Notes: generated by a model from the letters alone, not told the origin. Counted from the stretch's first letter, positions 20,129 to 32,030 are shown. The stretch: DNA of 64,000 nucleotides from an uncultured Actinomycetota bacterium (GCA_963747085.1 CAVVDX010000002.1:1756655-1820654); one strand, 5' to 3'. A program made the numbers and translations.

Positions 20129-21581
20129 ATGTCTGGTATCCGAGAGGGGGCTCTACCGGTGCCCGACGACCCCCACGAGGAGCGCGAGGACGTCGACCTG
20201 CTGCTGGCCGGCGGTTGGCTGATCACGATGAACGCGCGCCGCGAGGTCTACCGCGACGGCGCCGTGGCGGTCCGCGGCACGACGATCGTCGACGTCGGCC
20301 AGCGCGCCGAGCTGACGGCCCGCTACCGGGCACAGCGCGAGATCGACACCTCGCGCATGGTGGTCACGCCCGGACTGGTCAACGGGCACCGCCACCTGCT
20401 GTGCTGTCCGAAGGGGGCGCTGCCCGAGGGTCGCTCGACGCTCGAGGCACTGCGCGCCTTCACCTATCCGTGCTTCGCCGCGCTCACTGCCGAGCAGATG
20501 CATGCGTACGCGCTGCACGCCACCGCCGAGATGATCCGCTTCGGGACGACGACGTTCGAGGAGCCGGGCTGCAACCACCTCGAGGCGGTGCTCGAGGCGC
20601 TGGCGACCTCGGGCATCCGCTGCCGGGTCGGTCCCTGGACCTGGGACCAGCAGGGACCGTCGGGGCATGACGGGCTGCCGGAGTGGCTCGTGATGGAGCC
20701 GTCGCAAGCGATCGAGCGGCTGCGCCAGGGCATCGAGACCGTCCGAGCCTTCGGCCACTCGCTGATCAGCGACGCCGTGACGATCGAGGGCGTGGGCACC
20801 TGCTCGGACGAGCTGACGCTCGGGGCGGCCAAGCTCGCCGAGGAGGCGGATTCCCTGGCGGTGCTGCACAAGGCGACGAGCGAGCGCGAGGTCGCGCTCG
20901 AGCTCGAGGTCTTCGGCGAGCGGCCGCTGCAGCACCTGCACTCGATCGGCGCGCTCAACGAGCGGGTGCTGCTCAACCACATGACCTCCTTGGCGGACTT
21001 CGAGGTGGCGCTCGTCGCCGAGACGGGCGCGCGCATCTCGCAGAACCCGAGCTCGGCGCTCAAGTTCGCCAAGGGGACCACCCAGACCGGCAAGTGGCCC
21101 GAGCTGCTCGCCGCCGGCGTGCCCATCGCCCTCGGCACCGACGCCGAGAACGTGTCCAACCACCAGGACATCTGCCGCTCGATGCAGCTCGCCGCGCTGC
21201 TCCCCCGTGACGCGCGGCGCGACCCGAACGCGGTCACCGCCGAGCAGGCGGTGGAGATGGCGACGATCAGGGGCGCCCAGGCGTTGCGCCTCGACGACGT
21301 CACCGGCTCGATCGAGGCCGGCAAGCAGGCCGACATCACCTGCTTCGACACCGAGGACTTCGACTGGCGCCCGCTGCACAACCCCGTGGCCAACCTCGTC
21401 TACGGCTCGACGGGGCACTCGCGTGCACACCGTGCTCGTCGCCGGCGAGGTCGTGCTCGACGCCAAGCGGCTGACCCGCGTCGACGAGGGCGCAAGTCCG
21501 CGAGGCAGTCGAGCACATCGACCGCGACGTGCTCGGCGATGGTCGGGATCGACCCGGTCCCGAGCGTGGCCGGTGCTGTGA
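20129..21581 (+). pseudogene. amidohydrolase (chlorohydrolase/aminohydrolase family), frame switches in the last 160 nt
   Basis: Motifs PGLVNGHRHL, NHMTSL and ALGTDAEN. After GSTGHS the text continues in the +1 frame as VHTVLVAGEVVLDAKRLTRVDEG (switch at about 21422). It switches again to AQVREAVEHIDRDVL (about 21488). The likely end is WPVL-stop at 21579-21581. The start is uncertain: 20105, 20129 or GTG 20159. Confidence 0.75.
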
Positions 21582-22439
21582 GCCGGCCGGGCCGACAGCC
21601 GGGCGCCCGTCGCACTCGCCGGCGGCGCCCACCGCTGCGGCCTGGAGGCCCGCGGCGGCGGCAGCCGGCGAGGAAGCGCGAGAGGCCGAAGGGCCGCAGA
21701 TCACGGCCACGGGGGTTTCCAAGCGCTTCGGCGGCGTGGTCGCCCTCCGCGGCGTCGACGTGACCATCGACCCAGCACGAGAAGGTGGCCATCCTCGGTC
21801 CGAGCGGCTGCGGCAAGTCGACGCTCCTGCAGATCGTGGCGGGGCTGATCGACCCCGACGCCGGCGAGCTCGTCGTGGCCGGGGCGACGTCGGCCAAGGA
21901 CCGCCTGTCGCGCTGCGCGATGATGCCGCAGCGCGACCTGCTGCTGCCCTGGCGCAACGCCCTCGACAACGCCTCGATCGCGCTCGAGAACCGGGGCGCC
22001 AGCCGCCGCGAGGCGCAGGGAGCGGACTCGGCCGCTGTTCGAGCGCTTCGGCCTCGGCGAAGTTCGCGGAGCTGACGGCCCTCGCAACTGTCCGGCGGGA
22101 TGCGCCAGCGGGTCAGCTTCGTGCGCACCCTGATGGCGGAGAAGGACATCCTGCTGCTCGACGAGCCGTTCGGCGCCCTCGACTCGATAACCCGCGGGCA
22201 GATGCAGGAGTGGCTGCTCCACGCCATGGCCGACGTGCCGCGGACCGTGCTGCTCGTCACCCACGACGTCGAAGAGGCCCTGCTCCTCGCCGACCGGGTC
22301 GTCGTCCTTTCAGCCCACCCGGGCCACGTCGTGCGCGGTGCTCGACTCACCCACGGCGCCTGGATCGACCCGGCGCGAGATGGTCACCGACCCGGCGTTC
22401 GTCCACCTGCGCGAGCAGGCCCTCGAGGCTCTCGAATGA
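21578..22439 (+). pseudogene. ABC transporter ATP-binding protein (NitT/TauT family), at least 4 frame switches
   Basis: The pieces are ITATGVSKRFGGVVALRGVDVTIDP, then [27 protein letters not shown]...RREA, then RTRPLFERFGLGE, then FAEL, then PSQLSGGMRQRVSFVRTLM...LLLDEPFGALD...VTHDVEEA, then VLDSP...FVHLREQALEALE-stop. They are read in successively shifted frames at about 21774, 22033, 22052 and 22330. Confidence 0.8.
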
Positions 22440-23321
22440 CCTCCGTCGAGCAGCAGGCGACCGATCGGTCCGGCGCAGGGTCCACGGTGGCGGCCGGCGC
22501 GGCGCCGGCAGACGATTTCGCCGACATCGTCGAGCGGAAGCCGTCGACGCTCGGGCGACTGGTCGCCAACTACGGCGCAGCGGCGTCGCTCGTCGTGGTG
22601 ATGCTCGTCGCCTGGCAGGGCATCGTGCACCGCCGCCAACCTGCCCGAGTACCTGATGCCCGTGCCGACCGAGGTGGCTCGCTCGCTCGGCAGCGACTGG
22701 GCGAACATCCTCGGCCCGGCGACCTCGACGACGATCCTGCGGAGGTGCTGCTCGGCTTCGCCATCGCCACCGCCCTCGGCATCGGCATCGCCGTCGTGCT
22801 GCACCTCTTCGGCCCGCTCCGCCGTGCGGTATACCCGCTGCTCATCGCCTCGCAGACCGTCCCGTCATCGTGCTCGCCCCGATCCTCGTCGTCCTCTTCG
22901 GTTACGGCATCCTCCCCAAGCTCGTCATCGTGACCCTGATCTGCTTCTTCCCGATCGTGGTCAACGGCCTCGACGGGCTTTCGCTCCGTTGACGAGGACT
23001 TCATCCGCATGATGCGCACCCTCGACGCCAGCAGCTGGGCGATCTTCCGCCGTGTGGAGTTCCCCGCCGCGCTGCCGGCTGATCTTCTCCGGGATGCGCA
23101 TCGCCGCCACCTTCGCCTCGATCGGCGCGGTGTTCGGCGAGTGGGCCGGCTCCAACGCCGGCCTCGGTTACGTGATGCTGGAGGCCACGCCGAACCTCCA
23201 GACGGCGCGCATTTTCGCCGCGATCTTCATCCTCACCGTCATCTCGATCCTGTTGTTCGGCCTGGTCTCGATCGCCGAACGCTTCATCGCCCCGTGGAGC
23301 CCGCGGCGGAGGTCGCGCTAG
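22436..23321 (+). pseudogene. ABC transporter permease (NitT/TauT family), 5 frame switches
   Basis: ATGA overlap with the ATPase stop. The segments are MTSVEQQ...AWQGIV, then HAANLPEYLMPVPTEVARSLGSDWANILGPATSTTIL, then EVLLGFAIATALGIGIAVVLHLFGPLRRAVYPLLIASQTVP, then VIVLAPILVVLFGYGILPKLVIVTLICFFPIVVNGLDGL, then VDEDFIRMMRTLDASSWAIFRRVEFPAALP, then LIFSGMRIAATFASIGAVFGEW...IAPWSPRRRSR-stop. The span is 886 nt, which is 3n+1. Confidence 0.8.
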
Positions 23322-23487
23322 CGGGGCGCCGATTCGGGGGACAGGGCAGCGCCGCCCGCCGCCGTCGCAAGCAGCAGCACCGTCATGTCCACAGCGACAC
23401 GGCGAAGCAGGCAACGCAAGCACGCAACACAGGGGAAGCACCAACACCACACGAACCGAGAGATCGGAAGGATCGGAAAGGATTGTC

Positions 23488-24485
23488 ATGCACGTTCCGC
23501 TCAAGCACAAGCTCGTCGCACTGGCCCTCGCTGCAGCGCTCGCCGCCCCGGTGGCGCTGATCGCGAGCAGCGCCACGAGCGCCGCACAAAGCAGCACCTC
23601 GATGACCGTCGAGCTCGACTGGGTCCCCAACCCGGACCACGTCTCGCTCTACTACGCGCAGGACAAGGGATACTTCTCCAAGGCAGGGCTCTCGGTCAGC
23701 CTGCAGGCGCCGTCCAACGCCGCCGACCCGATCAAGCTCGTCGGCCTGAACAAGGTCGACCTGGCGATCTCCTACGAGTCGGAGATGTTCTACGGCCAGC
23801 AGGAGGGCCTGCCGGTGATCGCCGTCTCGACGATCATCCCGGTGCCGCTCAACTCGCTGATCGTCCGCCCGCAGGACCACGTCACCAAGCTCGTCGCAAA
23901 TGAAGCGGCAAGACGGTCGGCATCACCGGCATCCCGAGCGACTTCGCCATCTACCAGATGCTGCTGCGCACGACGCACTTGACGCCCGCAAGCAGATCAC
24001 GACGGTCACGGTCGGCGAGAACCTCGTGCCCTCGATCCTCTCCGGGACGGGTGGACGCCATCGTCGGCGGCTACCGCAACGTCGAGGCGATCCAGATCGC
24101 GCAGGAGATGGGCACGAAGCCCTCGGTCTTCCCGGCCTCCGACCTCGGGGTGCCGAACTACGCCGAGCTCGTCATCGTCGCCAACCGCAACCGCCTGAAG
24201 TCGAGCCCCGCCTACGCGAGCGAAGTGGCAAGCTTCCTCGTCGCGCTGTCCGGCGCCGACCAAGGCCGCGATGGCTGACCCGAGCGGGCGCGACCTCGAT
24301 CATGGAAAAGGCCAGCCAGTACACGACGAAGTTCCTCACGGTGAGCGTGCCCTACACCCTCACCCTGATCAAGCCGCCGGCCGGGCACGAAGGTCGGCTG
24401 CATGAGCGAGGCGTCCTGGCAGAGCTTCGGCGACTGGATGAAATCCCAGAAGCTGATCACCGTCAAGCCGGACGCGCGGAGCTGA
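23488..24485 (+). pseudogene. NMT1/THI5-like (ThiY/SsuA-type) substrate-binding protein, about 7 frame switches after codon 135
   Basis: Signal peptide MHVPLKHKLVALALAAALAAPVALIASSATSAA. The first 400 nt (VELDWVPNPDHVSLYYAQDKGYFSKAGL) are intact. The later pieces are MK, GKTVGITGIPSDFAIYQMLL, DARKQITTVTVGENLVPSILSG, RVDAIVGGYRNVEAIQIAQEMG...FLVALSGA, IMEKASQYTTKFLTVSVPYTLTLIKPPAG and KVGCMSEASWQSFGDWMKSQKLITVKPDARS-stop, in shifting frames. Confidence 0.8.
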
Positions 24486-24603
24486 CCACCGACGCCTACC
24501 TGCCCCGGCTGCTGAGCCGCACGTGCCCGGCGGGCACCGAACCGGCGGTCCGCTGACCGCCCGCCGGCTCGTGCCGACCGGCGACTGAACCAGGTCCGGC
24601 GAC

Positions 24604-24639
24604 GGAGCGGGCGAGGCGGCAGCACCGCCCGCCCGCTCC
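24604..24639 (+). terminator. GC-rich hairpin downstream of the binding-protein gene
   Basis: ggagcgggcgaggcgg-cagca-ccgcccgcccgctcc gives a 15-16 bp stem with one mismatch. There is no T-tract, which is common in high-GC genomes. Confidence 0.4.
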
Positions 24640-24742
24640 CGCCGGACGGCACCCGACAGCCGAGACCAGCACCGGACAGCCAGACCAGCACCAGCAAGCC
24701 GAGACCTCGACCACCGCAGCCCTGCTGAACGAAGGACGGGAC

Positions 24743-25960
24743 ATGAGCCTCACGCCGGACCAGCAACAGCGCGTCGATCGCGTCCTCGAGGCGCTCGACC
24801 TCGAGCGCGCCGTCGAGCTCGTGCGTGCAGGTGTGCCGGATCCCGAGCGTGCTCGGCGAGGAGGGCGAGCTCGCACGGATTCCTCGCCGGCGTGATGGAG
24901 GACTCCGGCTTCGAGGCCGTGAAGCTGCAGCCGGTGCTGCCCGACCGGCCGAACGCGATCGGCGAGCTCGAGCTTCGGCACGGGACGGCGGGTCGTGCTC
25001 ACCGGGCACCTCGACACCAAGCCGGTCTCGCACGGCTGGCGGGTGAGCACGCCGTTCTCGGGCGACCTGATCGACGGCGCCGTCTACGGCCACGGCGTGA
25101 TGGACATGAAGGCGGCGCTCGCCTGCCAGATCGTGGCGATGGAGGCGCGTGCGCGCCGCGGACGTCCTGCTCACCGGGACCCTGGCGATGGCCGCCGTCG
25201 CCGACCACATGGGCAACCAGGCCGGCTCGATCGCCTACTTCGCCGAGCACGAGGCCGACCTCTGCGTGCTCGGCGAGCTGACCGACAACGAGGTCTGCCT
25301 CGGCCACCGCGGCCGCTACTACTTCGACGTCACCACTGCTCGGCCGTTCCGCCCACACCTGCCACAAGCACGAGGCGGTCAACGCCAACGTGCTCGCCGC
25401 GCAGGCGGTGCTCGCGCTCGACGCCTCGCTGCTACGAGCCGCAGCTCGACCCCGAGGTGCTGCGCCTCTTCGGCGCCCGAGACGTTCGTGGTGCCCGGGC
25501 CGGATCTACGGCGGTCTGCCGCCCGGCGGCCCCTCGATGATCCCCGACGAGTGCGTCATCCGCGTCGACTGCCGGCCGCAGCCCGGCGTCGGCACCGACG
25601 AGGTGCGCGCCGAGATCGACCGCTGCCTCGCCGAAGCGCGGAGGCGCGAGCCGCGCTTCCGCGCCGAGGTCGAGCTCGCCGACGTGAAGGCCGGCTACCT
25701 GCGCCGGCCGGCCTCCGAGGTCGTCACGCTGATGGTCGACGCGGTCCGCCTCGTGCGCGGGCGTCGAGCCGACGCTCGTCACCGAGGACTGGCTCGGCGA
25801 CACGGCGAGCTTCGGTGCCAAGGTCCCGACGGTGATCTTCGGCCCGGGCGGCCCGCCGGTCTACTGCGCCGACGAGCACCTCTCCGTCGACGACATCCGC
25901 GAGGCGACCAAGGCCTACGCCGCCTTCTCGGCGCTCGCGCTCGACCCCGAGCGGACCTGA
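24743..25960 (+). pseudogene. M20-family metallopeptidase/deacylase (ArgE/DapE/YlmB-like), about 9 frame switches
   Basis: ATG follows [100 protein letters not shown] and [30 protein letters not shown]...ALDPERT-stop are each read one frame further on. The switches lie at about 24835, 24869, 24976, 25148, 25338, 25428, 25475, 25495 and 25762. Confidence 0.8.
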
Positions 25961-25962
25961 CC

Positions 25963-26373
25963 GTGCCGTCCCGCCTGCGCGCCGTGCTGGCCAAGCCGGG
26001 CCTCGACGGGCACGACCGCGGCATCAAGGTGATCGCGATGGCGCTTCGCGACGCCGGGCTCGAGGTGGTCTACCTCGGCCTGCGCTGCAGCCCGGCAGGC
26101 GATCGCCGCCGCCGCGGCGCAAGAGGACGCCGACGTCGTCGGCATCTCGGTGCTCTCCGGGGCGCACCTCGCACTCACGGGCCAGCTGCTCGAGGCGATG
26201 CCGCCGCCGGCTGCGGCGCGCCCGTCGTGGTCGGGGGCACGATCCCCGGGCGCGACGCGGCCAGGCTGCGGGCCATGGGCGTGGCCGACGTGCTCCCGGT
26301 GGGCACGCCCGCTCGACGATGTCGTCGCACGCGTCGTGCAGGTCGCATCGCACCGCGAAGGTGACGGCGATGA
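25963..26373 (+). pseudogene. B12-binding small subunit of an acyl-CoA mutase, about 3 frame switches
   Basis: [97 protein letters not shown] and LDDVVARVV are read in different frames. The 3-prime end and the junction with the large subunit are not resolved. Confidence 0.7.
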
Positions 26374-27998
26374 CGGCCGACCGCCGGCGACGGCGGGCCT
26401 CGTCCCGGACGTGCACCGACTCGGGGATCGAGGTGCGGCCCGTGTACACCGCTTCCGACATCGACGACCCGGACGGCGCTCGAGCGCGCGTCTCGGACTG
26501 CCCGGCGAGGCGCCCTTCACCCGCGGCCCGTACCCGTCGATGTACCGAGGCCAGCTGTGGACGATGCGCCAGTTCGCCGGCTACGGCTCGTCCGAGGAGA
26601 CCAACGAGCGCTTCAAGTTCCTGCTCCGACAGGGCCAGACGGCGCTCTCGGTCGCCTTCGACCTGCCGACCCAGCTCGGCCTACGACTCCGACCACGAGC
26701 TGGCCCGCCCCGAGGTGGGCCGGGTCGGCGTGGCGATCGACTCCGCTTCGGACATGGAGGCGCTCTTCGACGGCCTGCCGCTCGACCGGGTGTCGGTCAA
26801 CTTCACGATCAACGCCACCGCCCCGATCATGCTCGCCATGTACCTCGTCGCCGCCGAGCGCCAGGGCGTCGCGCCGCGGGCGCCTCGCGGGAACGCTGCA
26901 GAACGACATCTTGAAGGAGTTCCTCGCCCGCAAGCTGTTCGTCTTCCCGCCGGCGCCCTCGATGCGCCTGGCGGCCGACGTCGTCGAGTACTCCGCCGAG
27001 CAGCTGCCGCGCTTCAACCCGATCTCGATCACCGGTTACCACGCCCGCGAGGCCGGCTGCGACGCCGATCCAGGAGCTCGGCCTGACGATGGCCGACGCG
27101 ATCGCCTACTGCGAGGCGCTCGTCGCCCGCGGCCTCGCCTTCGACCGCTTCGCGCCGCGGCTGTCCTTCCACTTCGCCACGACGCTCGACCTGTTCGAGG
27201 AGGTGGCCAAGCTGCGCGCGGCGCGGCGGTCTGTGGCACTCGATCGCCACCGAGCGGTTCGGCGCGAGCGACCCGGCGTCGGCCAGGTTGCGCTTCTTCT
27301 CGGGCAACTCGGGCGCGACCCTGACCGCCCAGCAGCCCTACAACAACGTCGTGCGCTCGACGATCCAGTGCCTCGGCGCCGTGCTGGGCGGGGCCCAGTC
27401 GATCCACGTGATGGGCTACGACGAGGCCTACGAGCTGCCGAGCGAGGAGGCCGTCACGCTCTCGTTGCGCACCCAGCAGATCATCGCCCTCGAGAGCGGC
27501 GTGGCGCGCACCGCTGACCCGCTGGCCGGCTCGTACTTCGTCGAGTGGCTGACCGACGAGCTGGAGCGCCGCGCCGGCGAGGTCGTCGCCGAGGTGGAGC
27601 GCGCCGGGGGCGCTGTCGCGGCGCTGGCGGCGGGCATCCCCCAACGCTGGATCGCCGAGTCCGCCTATCGCGCCGAGCGTGAGACTGGCCGACGGGACAC
27701 GGCCGAAGGTCGGCGTGAACATGTACGCGGACGACGGCGAGCCGCCAGAGCTTCGCCTGTTCGAGCTCGACGCGCGAGATCGGCGAACGGCAGACTGGCG
27801 CACCTTGCCGAGCACAAGCGGCAGCGCAACGCCGATCCCGTGCGCGCCGCCCTCTCCGCCCTCTCGGAGGTGGCCGCCGGTGAGGACAACGTGATGCCGG
27901 CGCTCGTCGACGCCGCCCGGGCGGGGGCGACCGTCGGCGAGATGTGCGACGTGTTGCGCAGGGAATTCGGCGAGTTCCGGGAGCCGGCGCCGTGGTGA
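26370..27998 (+). pseudogene. acyl-CoA mutase large (catalytic) subunit, at least 9 frame switches
   Basis: The pieces are [100 protein letters not shown]...[30 protein letters not shown]...[31 protein letters not shown]...EEVAKLRAARR, LWHSIATERFG...TADPLAGSYFVEWLT... and AGATVGEMCDVLRREFGEFREPAPW-stop. Nearly all switches are +1. Confidence 0.8.
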
Positions 27999-29295
27999 CC
28001 GGCGGCGAGGGGGGCGGCCGGGCGGCGGACGGCGGCGGGGCGGCAGGCGGCGGAGCGGCCGGCGGCGGGGCGGCAGGCGGCGGAGCGGCCGGCGGCGGCG
28101 GGGCGACGCGGCCGCTCGAGGGACTGCGCGTCGTCGACCTGACGCGCTTCGTCGCCGGCTCCTACGCCACCGGGCTGCTCGCCGCGCTCGGCGCCGACGT
28201 CGTGAAAGTCGAGCCGCCCGGCGGCGACCCCTACCGCGCCCAGGGGACCGAGCGCGTCGACGGCGAGTCGGTGCTCTTCCATTCGCTGAACCCCGGCAAA
28301 CGCTGCGTCGTGCTCGACTTCCGCGAGCCCGACGGCCGGGCGCGTGCTCGAGGCGCTGATCGCCCGCGCCGACTTCTTCGTCGAGAACTCGCGTCCTGGC
28401 AGCCTTGCTCGCTACGGCCTCGATTGGGAGTCGCTGCATGCCCGCCATCCCCGCCTCGTCGTCGGCTCGATCTCGGGCTACGGCGACGTGGGGCCTGACG
28501 CCGAGCGGGGCGGCTTCGACCTCATCTTGCAAGCCGAGTCCGGGATCATGAGCATCACCGGCAGCCCACAGTCCGGGCCGGTGAAGGTCGGCGCCCCGCT
28601 GCTCGACATCGGGGCGGGGCTGGCCTGCGCCCTCGGGCTCGTCGCCGCCCACCTCGAGCGGCTGACGAGCGGCGAGGGGCGGCTCGTCTCGACGTCGCTG
28701 CTCGAGTTCGCCCTCGCCGGGCTCGGCACGCTCGCCTCGCCCTGCCTCGCCTCGGGCCTCGTGCCCGGCCTGCTCGGCACGCACTCCCCGAACTTCGCCC
28801 CCTACGGCGGGATCCGCACCGCGGACGGCTGGATCGTGCTCGCCGGTGCGGGCAGCGACGAGCTGTGGCGCAAGATGTGCGACGCGCTCGGCGTCCAGCA
28901 GCTCCTCGCCGACCCACGCTTCAGCGACAACACGGCGCGTGTCGCGCACCGCGACGAGCTCACCGCCGAGATCGAGCGTGTCCTCTCCGCAGCTCCCTCC
29001 GCCCACTGGCTCACCCTCCTCGACGCCGCCGGCGTGCCCGCCGCGCAGGTGCGCCGCCTCGACGAGGTGCTCCAGAGCGAGCAGGTCGTTGCGCTCGGGT
29101 CGCTCGAGCGCCTCGCGCTCGGCCGGGGGCGGCGAGGTGACCGTCGTCGCGCCGCCGTTGCGTTTCGACCACGCCGTGCCGCGCTACGGGCACGCGGCGC
29201 CGCCGCTCGGCGCGGACACGGCGGCCGTGCTCGCCGAGACTGCCGGGGTCGCCGAGGCTGCTGGGGTCGCCGGGGTCGCGGAGGTGCGGTCGTGA
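27995..29295 (+). pseudogene. family III CoA-transferase (CaiB/BaiF), 2 frame switches, Gly/Ala-repeat N-terminus
   Basis: GTGA overlap with the mutase stop. LEGLRVVDLTRFVAGSYATGLLAALGADVVKVEPPGGDP and GFDLILQAESGIMSITG. The switches lie at about 28340 and about 29120. The end ...PPLRFDHAVPRYGHAAPPLGADT...EVRS-stop is in a third frame. The span is 1301 nt, which is 3n+2. Confidence 0.8.
28031..28105 (+). repeat. 30-bp perfect tandem repeat (2 copies plus a partial copy) coding (GGGAA)n
   Basis: ggcggcggggcggcaggcggcggagcggcc occurs at 28031-28060 and identically at 28061-28090, followed by ggcggcggcggggcg. Confidence 0.85.
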
Positions 29296-30531
29296 ACCAG
29301 GTACGGCGGAACGGCGGAGGCTCGGACGCGACGGCGCCCGCCGGCGCTGGCGCGACTGCTGCCGGCGTCGCGGCCGAGCGTCTCGCCGACATGGTTCGCG
29401 ATCACACGCTCGAGATCGCCGCCGTGCCGGCGCCAGGCGGCGGCGAGGCGCGCCGCGTGCCGCGATCGTCGCCGGTTGGTGGCGCCACGCCGGCTTCGCC
29501 GAGGTCGAGCGCGACCGCGCCGGCAACGTCTGGGGACTCGCCCGGCCGGGCTGCGGCCCGGCGATCGTGCTCGCCGCGCACCTCGACACCGTGTTCGCCG
29601 CCGATGTGGACCACCTCCCGCGGCGCGAGGGCGACCGCCTCGCCGGACCGGGGGTGGGCGACGACGCCGTCGCCCTCGCCGCGCTCGGCGCCGTCGGCCG
29701 GCTGCTCGAGCAGGGGCCGCAGCATCCGCCGGTATACCTGCTCGCCACCGTAGGCGAGGCGGGCCTCGGCAACCTCGCCGGGGCGCGCGCCGCCGTACAT
29801 TCCCCGCCCCGCCGGCTGGCCGCGTTCGTTGCCATCGTGGGCAGCTACCTCGGTCGCCTCGGGACGCTCGCCGTCGGCTCGCAACGCTGGCGCGTCGAGG
29901 TGCACGGCCGGGGCGGTCACGCTTGGGAGCAGTCGGCAGCCCCGAGCGCCGTGCACCACGCCGCCCATGTCGTCGCTGCGCTGGCCGACCTGCCTACCGT
30001 CCCGCACGAGACCGCGCTGAACGTCGGGCGCATCGAGGGCGGCGAGGCCGGCGACGCCCGTGCCCGCGCCGCCAGCTTCGACGTCGAGATCCGCGCCATC
30101 AGCGAGGCCGCGCTCAGCGCGCGCTCGAGCGATCGGCGCGCCTCGTCCTCGGGCGCGCCGCCTCCCGGGGCGTCGAGGTGCAGCTGACCGATCTCGGTCG
30201 CCGCCCTGCCGGCCGGCTGGCGAGCGACCACCCGCTCGCCGCCGCGGCGCGCGCCGCGCTGTCCGCGGTGGGCATCGCGGCCCAGGAGGTGCCGTGCTGC
30301 ACGGACGCCAACGCTGCGCACGCTGCCGGCGTGCCGGCTCTGGCGCTCGGTGTCACCTTCGGCACCGGCGAGCACACCGAGGAAGAGTGGATCGACCTAC
30401 GCCCGATCCCTCTCGGCTTGGCGGCCCTCGCCGGCACCGTGGCGCGCTATGGCGAGCACATGCGTGCCGCTGGCTCGGCCGGGCGCACCCTCGACGAGCG
30501 GGCTGATGAGGAGACGGACGATGGCGACTGA
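29292..30531 (+). pseudogene. M20-family peptidase, 2 frame switches
   Basis: GTGA overlap with the CoA-transferase stop. The pieces are ERLADMVRDHTLEIAAVPAPGGGEA, then AAIVAGWWRHAGFAEVERDRAGNVWGL...VLAAHLDTVFA...GPGVGDDAVALAAL...HGRGGHAW, then ALERSARLVLGRAASRGVEVQLTD...GTGEHTEEEWIDL...-stop. The switches lie at about 29452 and about 30112. Confidence 0.75.
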
Positions 30532-31615
30532 GCGGCCCGACAGGCGGGCGACCGAGCGACCGCGCGAGCCCGCGGGCGAGCTGGCAACTGAGCGGGCGGG
30601 CGGGCGCGAGGGCGGGCAACGGCCTCGTTGCGGCGTGACCCTGCAACCCGTCGACGACCCGTCCATCTTCCAGGCGATGGTCGGCGAGATCGAGACGCTC
30701 GGCTTCGACCATCTGTGGCTCACCGACTCGTCGCTGCACGCTCGCTACTGCTACGCCTACCTCACGCTCGCCGCGGCCGCGTCGAGCCGGCTCGTTCTCG
30801 GCACGGCGGTGACCAACCCGCTCACCCGCCACCCGGCGCTCACCGCCTCGGCCATCGCCACGGTCGACGAGATCTCCGGCGGGCGGGCCGTGCTCGGCAT
30901 CGGGGCGGGCGACCGGCCGCTGCTCGCCCTGGGGCTGCAGCCGAGCCGCCTCGGCGAGCTCGAAGCGTCGATCGCCGCCGTACGCGCCCTATGGAGCGGC
31001 AAGGAGGTCGACCTCGAGGCGGAGACCTTCTCGCTGCACGAGGCGCACCTGCGCTTCGTCGCACGGCCGGACATCCCGGTGTTCGTCTCGGCGAGCGGGC
31101 CGCGCACCCTCGAGCTCACCGGGCGCGTCGCCGAGGGGGCGATCCTGCTCGTGGGGCTGTTCCCCGAGGCGATCGCCTGGGCGATCGAGCACCTCGAGCG
31201 CGGCGCCGCGACGGCGGGCCGTCCACGCCCGCACGTCGCCGTCTTCGCCTACGGCTCGATCGACGACGACCGCGACGCCGCACTCGAGCGGGCGCGCTCG
31301 ATCGCGGCCTGGTTCCCGCAGACGGCACCGGCGATCTGCCGCCTCGCCGGGCTCGACGACGCGCTCGTCGAGCAGGTGCGCCTCGCCTACCGCGGCGGCG
31401 AGTTCCAGGAGGCGGCGAGCGCCGCTGCGCTGCTGCCCGACGACTTCGTGCGCCGTGTTGCGCTCGCCGGCGACGCCGCCGACGCGCGGACGCGGATCGC
31501 CGACGTGCTCGCCGCCGGGGCGGATTCGGTGCACGTCTTCCCCCTCGGCGAGGGGCGGATGCAGACCGTGCGCGCCTTCGCGCAGTGCTGGCACGACGTC
31601 ACCGGGGAGGCCTGA
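30521..31615 (+). CDS. luciferase-like monooxygenase (LLM) family flavin/F420-dependent oxidoreductase
   Basis: Intact ORF. Motifs GFDHLWLTDS and VLGIGAGD. The 38-aa Arg/Glu-rich N-terminal extension may not be translated, and GTG 30635 is an alternative start. Confidence 0.85.
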   Translation: MATERPDRRATERPREPAGELATERAGGREGGQRPRCGVTLQPVDDPSIFQAMVGEIETLGFDHLWLTDSSLHARYCYAYLTLAAAASSRLVLGTAVTNPLTRHPALTASAIATVDEISGGRAVLGIGAGDRPLLALGLQPSRLGELEASIAAVRALWSGKEVDLEAETFSLHEAHLRFVARPDIPVFVSASGPRTLELTGRVAEGAILLVGLFPEAIAWAIEHLERGAATAGRPRPHVAVFAYGSIDDDRDAALERARSIAAWFPQTAPAICRLAGLDDALVEQVRLAYRGGEFQEAASAAALLPDDFVRRVALAGDAADARTRIADVLAAGADSVHVFPLGEGRMQTVRAFAQCWHDVTGEA

Positions 31616-31618
31616 ACG

Positions 31619-32030
31619 ATGGACGCACCGGTGCAGGTGCTCGGGTTGCATCACGTCGCCTTCGCCCACCGCGACGAGGCCGTGCTCGATCGCGCTCGAG
31701 TCGCTGTTCGGGCTGAGCTGCGAGGCAGCCGAGGCCGGCCCGGGCTTCGTCGAGCGGATGTTCCCCGTCGACGAGGGCACCGCGATCCAGACCTTGCAGC
31801 CCACAGGGGAGGGCGTCGTCGAGCGCTTCCTCGAGCGGCGCGGGCCGGCGCTGCACCACGTCGCCTTCGAGGTGGCCGACGTGGACGCGGCGGTGGTCGC
31901 GTTGCGTGCCGCAGGTGCCCGGCTCGTCGACGAGGTGCCCCGACCGGGCGGCGGCGGGACGCGCATCGCGTTCGTCCACCCGTCGTCCTGCGGCGGCATG
32001 CTCGTCGAGCTCGTCCAGGTGGCGCCGTGA
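31619..32030 (+). pseudogene. VOC-family protein, methylmalonyl-CoA epimerase-like, one +1 frame switch near 31690
   Basis: ATG follows GGGGAGG. The first part is MDAPVQVLGLHHVAFAHRDEAVLD. The second part is ALESLFGLSCEA...LHHVAFEVADVDAAV...IAFVHPSSCGGMLVELVQVAP-stop. The span is 412 nt, which is 3n+1. Confidence 0.8.
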
